A stretch of 64,000 nt of DNA from TPA_inf: Saccharomyces (taxonomy: Eukaryota). Positions within the stretch are counted from its first letter, which is position 1; each line of letters starts with the position of its first letter. The notes under the pieces are model-generated. The model ran no database searches and was not told the origin of the DNA. It was given only the letters and a program-made list of their open reading frames with translations. Of the stretch, positions 58,301 to 64,000 are shown in pieces. The position numbers and the translations under genes are program-made. Location of the stretch: NCBI GenBank assembly GCA_000146045.2, contig BK006939.2, positions 288,001 through 352,000 on the forward strand. Direction: 5' to 3'.

Positions 58301-59612
58301 CACAGCTTATTATAGCCTGCATAATGCCTTGAGTAACACCGTTGTTGTATTCAATGAATCTTCGTACCATTTTTAAGGCTTGTTCCCTTTCTATTTGAAA
58401 AGAATTATCCTTCGCAAGGGAAATAATTATGAATGCATCCAGTCTTAGCTCTAACAGCTCATCAATGAAAATCGAGCTATTTATTAGGTAACGACATACC
58501 CTATAAGCAGATGCTGCTATAAGCTTGTTTCCATTGAGAAGCAGATTTTGAATTGATGACATGAATGAAGTTAAAACCAGATCTTTTCTTATCTCTGAAT
58601 GTTCTTTCAATAAGGTGACCAGGCCATTTGCTTTTTGAGCAATGAAATCAGGGTTGACGTTCTTTTCTTGAAAACTTTGCATATAATCGCTTACAAGCCA
58701 TGTTGCCGCTTCAGTTGTTGTGGATGTGAATATTTGATTTTCGTTTTCAAGATCACCAAGATCTTTTTCAGTATCACCGGTTAAGTTTACTTTATTAGAT
58801 CCATCTAAATCTGGAATGGAAAGCGTAGAATGATTTTCGTTATTCCGTGAGTTGACGGTACTATTACGATTTAAGTTCTGCTGACTATTACGCTCAGTTC
58901 CAGAAGTGGGAGTCGTAAGATATTCATCATCAAGAGTAACTTGATCTGTCAAACTATCATGGTCGCCCAATTCTTCACTATCGTTATTTTGGCCATCATC
59001 ATTCCTGATGCTCCCCACGTCAGCCTTTATTGAGCTGGATGTTGTGAGTGATCTTTGCCTTTTCTTGTCGAACTGTTGCTTGAGGTCAAAAATATGCTTC
59101 TCAACTCTTTTTATTGAATTGTCAATTTCTCTAAGTTGAGTATTCGCTCTAATCCTCATCGAGTGCTTTTGTAAATGATTCGTAGAGTAAGATCCAGAGT
59201 ATATATCAGATATTGTAGAATCCCGAAGATGTTCGATATCGTCTTTTTTCTTGCGCAATCGAGCTAATTCTTGATATTGGTTGTTTATTTCTGCTTTAAG
59301 ATTTAAAAGTGCCTTGGTCATAGTACTTCTCGTTCGTCTTGCCATTAAGGGACTGGTCGGTGAAGGTGCACTATTTTCTAGCCTCTTGGTGGAGATAAAT
59401 GAGGTCGAGAGTACCAGATTTTGTTTATTTCTTTTGGAACTTTCATTCGTTATGGTTGATGGGCTGCTGGAGGTGATGTTCTTGGCGCTTGATATTTGGG
59501 TGCTCGAGTTATCACGGCTATGTCTAGGGGTTAACAGTGGAGTAGTATTAGTTACTGACCGGCGCCGACTTGAGAGAGGGCTACTCTGTTTTGCACTGTG
59601 AGGTATGCTCAT
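55320..59612 (-). CDS. TSC11: TSC11 (AVO3), the TORC2 Rictor-like subunit, 1430 aa.
   Basis: The first ATG gives MSIPHSAKQSSPLSSRRRS..., whereas the track ORF starts at a TTG 4 codons upstream. The length is exact, with Rictor-family architecture. Confidence 0.93.
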   Translation of the reverse strand: MSIPHSAKQSSPLSSRRRSVTNTTPLLTPRHSRDNSSTQISSAKNITSSSPSTITNESSKRNKQNLVLSTSFISTKRLENSAPSPTSPLMARRTRSTMTKALLNLKAEINNQYQELARLRKKKDDIEHLRDSTISDIYSGSYSTNHLQKHSMRIRANTQLREIDNSIKRVEKHIFDLKQQFDKKRQRSLTTSSSIKADVGSIRNDDGQNNDSEELGDHDSLTDQVTLDDEYLTTPTSGTERNSQQNLNRNSTVNSRNNENHSTLSIPDLDGSNKVNLTGDTEKDLGDLENENQIFTSTTTEAATWLVSDYMQSFQEKNVNPDFIAQKANGLVTLLKEHSEIRKDLVLTSFMSSIQNLLLNGNKLIAASAYRVCRYLINSSIFIDELLELRLDAFIIISLAKDNSFQIEREQALKMVRRFIEYNNGVTQGIMQAIISCVEKPEDSLRHMALETLLELCFVAPEMVKECRGMRVIEGFLQDYTSFSLASVILDTILQLMATHKTRQHFLEDFNVSVLTTVFSDTNTKSNVNVEKMQNASTLISITLNSYNGFMLFSNNNFKPLKQLVSFFQIPICAQYLIDIFLDVLKIKPLPYKPRGRHSHSFKPIPSQYYKECMSVNQRLALIVLILENSEFVPHLLELLNEEDRDDHLVAKGRYLLTEYFNLRMNLVDKKYTSVSKPIYKENFTYVNETFQFKKIAYKMNRNRNTIGMSGIDYAQNIKSFSKNIKENTLLREVDDFRFRRMVYDSKVLQTKDFTRWNWNIINELLEGPLLNKKQLEELVKSTKFIRRLLVFYRPLRLRFSNVNKGAKLSQKYVQVGCQFFKTLTATPEGMKILMDDTKIIPQLASLMFRAMEGNISGNIFNKNKLREKIIFGYFKFIGILTQSKNGVHILTRWNFFTVIYKMFQFESKLGLEFLLLTIPELDLKYSSHCRVIIGKALVVANEKVRIEATKHIGDKLKELLSTKESDLKLKANKVKLQQFKMEMLTRQLYDLSPSVVAVADQALYECIVAGNGSEELGTSFRMFLNQMVFIRSPILFELLSRPYGFQLLNEINFVKEERDSWLSKKNIEYVHIVEEFLKKNESINAKSLTFQQKSRLPLHFYESLTKTEDGILLLSQTGDLVTFMNVIKKYVNGNNMATVENAKEILDLKAALWCVGFIGSTELGIGLLDNYSLVEDIIEVAYNASVTSVRFTAFYVLGLISMTREGCEILDEMGWNCCVSVQDEPIGIALPNRLDRFLSYNEHKWSAFGEYSDEMIVFNKSDGDLIEKCLPIEFDLDKLLKEKDTAENPLNEKIITNKYDNDITSQTITVSGENSSLFANEGLSSPYVTQYRNDDDSIESKVLHIVSQLGNHILSNHAVKEITEINNKYGPRLFENEKMFFKVFNMMSKYRFKPHVRKFLCGLFINNRALENVIRHDNKRDKRPANFTR

Positions 59613-59911
59613 TGTGAATTTCAAAAACTTAATAGAAGCGGTACAGCACGAAGCAACCTCCCTAGCGTGTACACCTACAAATTGAAGGTACCTTAGTTAT
59701 ATCCGAGAACAATAGAACTGCTTGATATTCCATCTTCCATTTCGCCGATGGATCAATCAATTTTTAAGAGAATGCAAAAAAGAAAAAGATTACAATATGT
59801 ATAATTAAAAGAAGAAAGAATGTATACGGATATACGATATGTGACCAGCCGGCAACGGCTCGTAGTTATACCATTATTTACAGTTTAAAGAGATTAAGCC
59901 AATGCGTAGTG

Positions 59912-60400
59912 CTACTTGTTGTTTTCGCTCGACAGGAGGTCTTGCAATTGCTTAGTTAGTTTGGAAGTTTCTTCGTCCATGCTCGTGTCGGTTTCTAAGG
60001 CTTGTGGAAGGCTCATGAACTCTCTAGTCTTAAATACAAACTCTCTTGCCGTTGAAATGTCAAGTGCCCAACAAAAGCCGAATATCAATGTGCTGAACGT
60101 ACCTATTGAAGCGGCGGATGCATACGTTAACGCTGACATGGCTTCATTCCTTTGGGAAAAAGGTGGAAGCTTGTAATTTTGTTGAAATATGCTGGGGACG
60201 TCTGCTTTCAGTAGACGGTGTTAGTAACTATATCCTATTATTAGTTTTGGCCACTGAACTAGGACAAAATACATACATTTTCGTACTTTTATGGCCCTGG
60301 AGATAAGCCTCATGGTAATCAGGGTGAAGGCGGCCGCACCATAAAATCTGGCCATTTGAAGAACCCTGCGTTTCTTAAGTTCCTTCTTCTCTTCGATCAT
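59912..60400 (-). CDS. AIM11: AIM11, 137 aa, spliced. Exon 1 is 60277..60400, the intron is 60202..60276, and exon 2 is 59912..60201.
   Basis: Exon 1 encodes MIEEKKELKKRRVLQMARFYGAAAFTLITMRLISRAIKVRK plus one extra base. The 5' splice site GTATGT is the reverse complement of 60271-60276, TACTAAC is the reverse complement of ~60221-60227, and the 3' cag is the reverse complement of 60202-60204. Exon 2 continues (Y)VPSIFQQNYKLPPFSQRNEAMSALTYASAAS...SSENNK. Total 137 aa. Confidence 0.85.
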
Positions 60401-60728
60401 AGTTTCGTTTCTTGATGAAGTAGGATAGTCGTACTAATTGCTGACAAACCCGTCAAAGAATCAAGTTCCCCATCCTAATAAGTATTAAAAGCGCCAATTT
60501 TTCAAGAGACTCGCGGCTGGTGAATAACGCTGCTCCTTAGAAAAGGACAGCCAGCGGATAGCTACTCAGATCTTCGACTGACTTTATGCATTTTAGTATT
60601 TATATATTCATTCGATCTATTCTGTTTACTTAAAAATTAAAGATGAGTTGGATGTGGAAAATTCTTGACGTTCCGCTGATATTTTGTGTTGGGGTTGTTT
60701 TTGGGACCATGAGATTGCCATGAACCGA

Positions 60729-61346
60729 TCAATCTTGTCTCATCTTCAAGTATCTCTTCACCACTTCATCCTTCTTGATGATGTATACTACAGCTCCCCA
60801 GCCTGATAGAGCGTCACGGTCAGCAGCATTCAGTAGGGCCTGACTTATAGTTTCGAAAAGATCTTCTGGCTCTAGATTAGGTTCGTACAGGGACTCACAC
60901 ATACCGAACAGTTGGTCGGATGCAGTACCGCTAACGATAAAATCCTTGGCCTCGTCGATACAGCCGATTAGGTCGAATCCCGCAATAAAGGGCTTCCCGG
61001 ACTTGGAATTAATACCTGCTACCACCGGCCCCACAAAGTATGGACCGAATCTTCTTTCATAAAGTGAACTTGACACTAATTGGGTAAACGTTTCAGGCTC
61101 AATGGCCCTTTCTTCCTTCAACTTATATAGGTTCGTCTTGTAGCGGAACATCTCGTTCAGAGTAGTCACGTCGGTAGCCAGACCGGTAATCCCTAAGAAC
61201 ACATGCCCATAGTGGAAGATTTTTTCAAACTTGTTCGACACACCTAGTGACTGGCTTCCGAGACGCAAATCACAGGCAATGGCCACACAGTCTTTACCTG
61301 TCATCGCAACGACGATACCACCGTTAATAGAACTTGGATCCGACAT
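60729..61346 (-). CDS. PUP3: PUP3, 20S proteasome beta3 subunit, 205 aa.
   Basis: Exact 205-aa ORF (MSDPSSINGGIVVAMTGKDCVAIACDLRLG...), a proteasome beta-type fold. Confidence 0.95.
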   Translation of the reverse strand: MSDPSSINGGIVVAMTGKDCVAIACDLRLGSQSLGVSNKFEKIFHYGHVFLGITGLATDVTTLNEMFRYKTNLYKLKEERAIEPETFTQLVSSSLYERRFGPYFVGPVVAGINSKSGKPFIAGFDLIGCIDEAKDFIVSGTASDQLFGMCESLYEPNLEPEDLFETISQALLNAADRDALSGWGAVVYIIKKDEVVKRYLKMRQD

Positions 61347-61520
61347 TTTTTTTTTATGCTTTATTCACTGTTCAATATTTTCACCACAATTCGCAAGAAA
61401 CGCACTCTACTTCGAAACTACGGTTCAAACTTACTTAGCAGCTTCCCGATTTAATTGGCCTTTCTACTATGCCATAAACTCTTTCTTCCTCTCTTTTCAT
61501 CGCCCCTGCATTTGCACTTT

Positions 61521-61529
61521 TTTGCCACC
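61521..61529 (-). promoter_or_regulatory. PACE (Rpn4-binding GGTGGCAAA) element upstream of PUP3.
   Basis: Forward tttgccacc at 61521-61529 is GGTGGCAAA on the PUP3 strand, 175 bp upstream of the PUP3 ATG. Confidence 0.75.
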
Positions 61530-61778
61530 GGCAGTGCCATCCGGTCACATGACTACACCACGTTAATAGCGATCTGGCTTATCATTGTCACAGAGTAAAT
61601 TAAAATGGACGGTAAATGTTGGAAATGCACCACTACCGTTCTTCAACCAATCTAGTTTAGCTATCCTGCAACAGGTGGCCTTCTTGAGCATTCCCTGAGC
61701 ATTCCAACCGGTTGTATCAGTGTTTTATCACCGTCTCACCATATCCCACGACTAGGCCACACTTCGTTACCCTATGCT

Positions 61779-61825
61779 ACGCGTCATTTCCGCTATTTCT
61801 GTCCTGGTTTGTTTACAGTACGCGT
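61779..61825. promoter_or_regulatory. Two MCB (ACGCGT) elements upstream of RAD51.
   Basis: ACGCGT at 61779-61784 and 61820-61825, 160-200 bp upstream of the RAD51 ATG. Confidence 0.7.
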
Positions 61826-61979
61826 GGTGGGACCATAAAGGGGAATAGTGGGGACTGGAGAAAAAATTTTCTCAGTTACTTCTTCTATCTTCCGTAGTTT
61901 CCATATACTAGTAGTTGAGTGTAGCGACAAAGAGCAGACGTAGTTATTTGTTAAAGGCCTACTAATTTGTTATCGTCAT

Positions 61980-63182
61980 ATGTCTCAAGTTCAAGAACAA
62001 CATATATCAGAGTCACAGCTTCAGTACGGGAACGGTTCGTTGATGTCCACTGTACCAGCAGACCTTTCACAGTCAGTCGTTGATGGAAACGGCAACGGTA
62101 GCAGCGAAGATATTGAGGCCACCAACGGCTCCGGCGATGGTGGCGGATTGCAGGAGCAAGCGGAAGCGCAAGGTGAAATGGAGGATGAAGCATACGATGA
62201 AGCTGCCTTAGGTTCGTTTGTGCCAATAGAAAAACTGCAAGTGAACGGGATTACTATGGCGGATGTGAAAAAACTAAGGGAGAGTGGGCTTCACACTGCT
62301 GAAGCGGTAGCATATGCTCCCAGAAAGGATTTATTGGAAATCAAAGGTATATCGGAAGCTAAGGCAGATAAGTTGCTAAACGAAGCGGCAAGGCTAGTGC
62401 CTATGGGATTTGTCACGGCTGCTGATTTTCATATGAGAAGATCGGAGCTGATTTGTTTGACAACGGGTTCTAAGAATTTGGACACTCTTTTGGGTGGTGG
62501 TGTGGAAACTGGTTCTATTACTGAGCTTTTCGGTGAATTCAGGACAGGTAAGTCCCAGCTATGTCACACTTTGGCCGTGACATGCCAAATTCCATTGGAT
62601 ATTGGTGGCGGTGAAGGTAAGTGTTTGTATATCGATACCGAAGGTACTTTCAGGCCGGTAAGATTGGTATCCATAGCTCAGCGGTTCGGATTAGACCCGG
62701 ATGATGCTTTGAACAACGTTGCGTATGCAAGAGCCTATAACGCCGATCATCAGTTAAGACTTCTGGATGCTGCTGCCCAAATGATGAGCGAGTCTCGGTT
62801 TTCCTTGATTGTGGTCGATTCTGTTATGGCTCTATACCGTACGGATTTTTCTGGTCGTGGTGAACTAAGCGCAAGGCAAATGCATTTAGCCAAATTTATG
62901 CGTGCTTTGCAAAGGCTGGCCGACCAATTTGGTGTTGCAGTCGTCGTTACTAACCAAGTGGTCGCCCAAGTTGATGGTGGTATGGCTTTTAATCCAGATC
63001 CAAAGAAGCCTATCGGTGGTAATATTATGGCACATTCTTCCACCACGCGATTAGGTTTCAAAAAGGGTAAGGGATGTCAAAGATTATGCAAAGTTGTTGA
63101 CTCACCTTGCTTACCAGAGGCTGAATGTGTGTTCGCGATCTATGAAGATGGTGTTGGTGACCCCAGAGAAGAAGACGAGTAG
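61980..63182 (+). CDS. RAD51: RAD51, recombinase, 400 aa.
   Basis: Exact 400-aa ORF with Walker A (GEFRTGKSQ) and RecA-fold motifs. Confidence 0.97.
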
Positions 63183-63697
63183 GTATTTGGTCTCTTGTCT
63201 CTATTTATTTACACAGGTTTACTTTCAATTCTCCTCTTTTTCTTAGGTTGCGTTCCGTACATTTTTATCTTCATTTCCATCCACTGTCTTAGATTTTTGC
63301 ATATATTTTGTCATATACCTCGCAACCCTACTGCGGTCTTAACCTTTTTTTTCAGTTCTTTTAAATAACTTTCGTATTGTCTGTCACCCATGAAATATAT
63401 GTATTTTTCTACTCTTCTTCCCGATGACTACTTCCTCCTGCAGGGTCCGCGCGGCTTTATCCTTTTAGGGGAGTGAAGAGAAAAATTTTCTGATATGTCG
63501 CCATCCTCTTATAAAACCAACGTAAAATACCATACACTTCTTTATGGCAATGAATTTCCTTGTCTTCGTTTCGACGTTTTTAAATTGAATAAAAAATTGT
63601 ACTTGGAAAAAAGAATAGAACAATACTTTTGCTAACAGCAAGAGAAGTACGGTTGACATTACGAGTATCCCTTTGTTAAAATCAGGCAGTACCCATA

Positions 63698-64000
63698 ATG
63701 TCCATGACTATTTGCTCAAATACTCCTGGTGCATACCCTGAAATTGGAGCTTATAATGAGGTTGATAAACAGTTGGAATCAAGCGGATTCTCCTCTGATT
63801 CCTCTCTGATATTGAATAAACCAGAAGTTCGTCAATACTGGTCATCCGTTTCATCTCATATTTCACGCTCAGGTGATGTGTTTACAAATGATAAAGAAAA
63901 AATTTCATCCTCTATTGGTGAGGATGCGATGGATATCGACGCTTCGCCCTCATTGATTGAAAAATATAACTCTTTTCCCACAAGAAAGATTCTTCCTGAG
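63698..64000 (+). CDS. SHC1: SHC1 N-terminus (sporulation/alkaline-pH chitin synthase III activator). It is partial and continues beyond the window.
   Basis: ATG at 63698 (MSMTICSNTPGAYPEIGAYNEVDKQLESSGF...) stays open for 101 codons to the window end. Its position after RAD51 matches YER096W. Confidence 0.7.
   Translation, partial: MSMTICSNTPGAYPEIGAYNEVDKQLESSGFSSDSSLILNKPEVRQYWSSVSSHISRSGDVFTNDKEKISSSIGEDAMDIDASPSLIEKYNSFPTRKILPE

Overview
This window is Saccharomyces cerevisiae nuclear DNA from the right arm of chromosome V, roughly the interval YER066W to YER096W. It is AT-rich and gene-dense, with short intergenic regions and yeast-type spliceosomal introns (GUAUGU 5' splice site, UACUAAC branch point, YAG 3' splice site). 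Most long ORFs in the track match well-known yeast proteins at their exact annotated lengths once non-ATG start extensions are trimmed; the ORF caller also starts ORFs at TTG and GTG. In order the genes are: a CDC4-derived WD40 pseudogene containing the short RRT13 ORF, RGI1, MOT2/NOT4, ARG5,6, RNR1, TDA2 (-), VTC1, ALD5, RPS24A (intron), YOS1 (two introns), PTP3 (-), YER076C (-), MRX1/YER077C (-), ICP55 (-), YER079W, AIM9, the SRG1 ncRNA plus SER3, UTP7 (-), GET2 (-), YER084W, YER085C (-), ILV1, AIM10, SBH1 (-), DOT6 (-), PTC2 (-), TRP2, MET6 (-), IES5, TSC11 (-), AIM11 (-, intron), PUP3 (-), RAD51, and the 5' end of SHC1. There are two tRNA genes, tRNA-Ser(UGA) and tRNA-Ala(UGC), both on the minus strand with poly-T Pol III terminators. 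Each sits near Ty LTR remnants: a partial LTR at the left window edge, and a diverged solo delta about 85 bp upstream of tRNA-Ala. Recognisable promoter elements include a STRE cluster at RGI1, four MCBs at RNR1, two MCBs at RAD51, Gcn4 sites at ARG5,6 and TRP2, Rap1 sites at RPS24A, PAC plus RRPE at UTP7, a PACE at PUP3, Cbf1 E-boxes at MET6, and a Pho4-type E-box at VTC1. I found no prokaryotic-style system, CRISPR array, or obviously foreign insert, and nothing I would call a previously undescribed biological system. The most unusual unexplained features are listed as findings: a CDC4 pseudogene with an in-frame W-to-stop change, two yeast-atypical GC-rich intergenic islands (one holding a perfect 29-nt palindrome), a TG-repeat tract, and a coding trinucleotide repeat. 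All calls rest on reading the sequence and recalled knowledge of yeast genes; no database search was run.
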